A DNA stretch of 36,788 bases from Candidatus Moraniibacteriota bacterium (GTDB lineage: Bacteria > Patescibacteriota > Minisyncoccia > Moranbacterales > UBA1568). The stretch is taken from NCBI GenBank assembly GCA_043785755.1, contig JAYVWV010000022.1, positions 1 through 36,788 of the forward strand. The letters run 5' to 3'. Position numbers and translations under genes: made by a program. A model generated the notes under the pieces. It ran no database searches. It saw only the letters and a list, made by a program, of their open reading frames with translations, and was not told where the DNA came from. This document shows, piece by piece, positions 36,634-36,788 of this stretch; position 1 is the first letter of the stretch, and every line of letters starts with the position of its first letter.

Positions 36634-36788
36634 GGCGAACTCCTTTTTCACAGATGCGGGGCGGTGCTGCGTAGACGACATCTCACATGACGGTAAGAGA
36701 TCGGTGGTAACCGGATCTTTCCGTAATGCGGGGTGACAGGCGGTAACCTGCTTTCGTCCTTGAGGGGGTTCCCTGGTACAGCAGGGAA

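Overview
Chromosomal segment of a Patescibacteria (CPR, Parcubacteria-like) bacterium using genetic code 11. The lineage is inferred from the 16S signatures, an RpoA without alpha-CTD and CPR-type secreted proteins. Left: rpmG, an HTH/LAGLIDADG-like gene, tRNA-Trp and tRNA-Glu, a PolB-like exonuclease, two prenyltransferases and the infA-rpmJ-rpsM-rpsK-rpsD-rpoA-rplQ-rplM-rpsI cluster. Next is an ~8 kb surface/adhesin locus (Pro-rich membrane proteins, a 1210-aa modular fibre with a C-terminal S74 chaperone, a TPR protein and a GYAWSENxGWI-repeat protein) bracketed by ~45-bp direct repeats. A stand-alone 16S rRNA gene (no 23S) is followed by a variable region, then metabolic genes, a LexA-like repressor, an M23 peptidase and four tRNAs. 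The best candidates for an undescribed system lie downstream of 16S. (1) An array of promoter-gene units (Bro-N/IS30, HEXXH protein, DUF4116-like protein, small ORF plus PemK, RhuM-Fic) is separated by five copies of a ~70-90 bp repeat that copies the 16S terminator region; this is cassette-like, but there is no integrase in the window. (2) An orphan PemK/MazF-like toxin is faced by a convergent ~55-nt structured small RNA with its own promoter and terminator, a candidate RNA antitoxin. Other signals: tRNA 3'-end echo elements, 19-31 bp palindromic insertions and a candidate LexA operator TA(C/T)ACT-N4-AGTGTA. All calls come from reading the sequence; no database searches were run.
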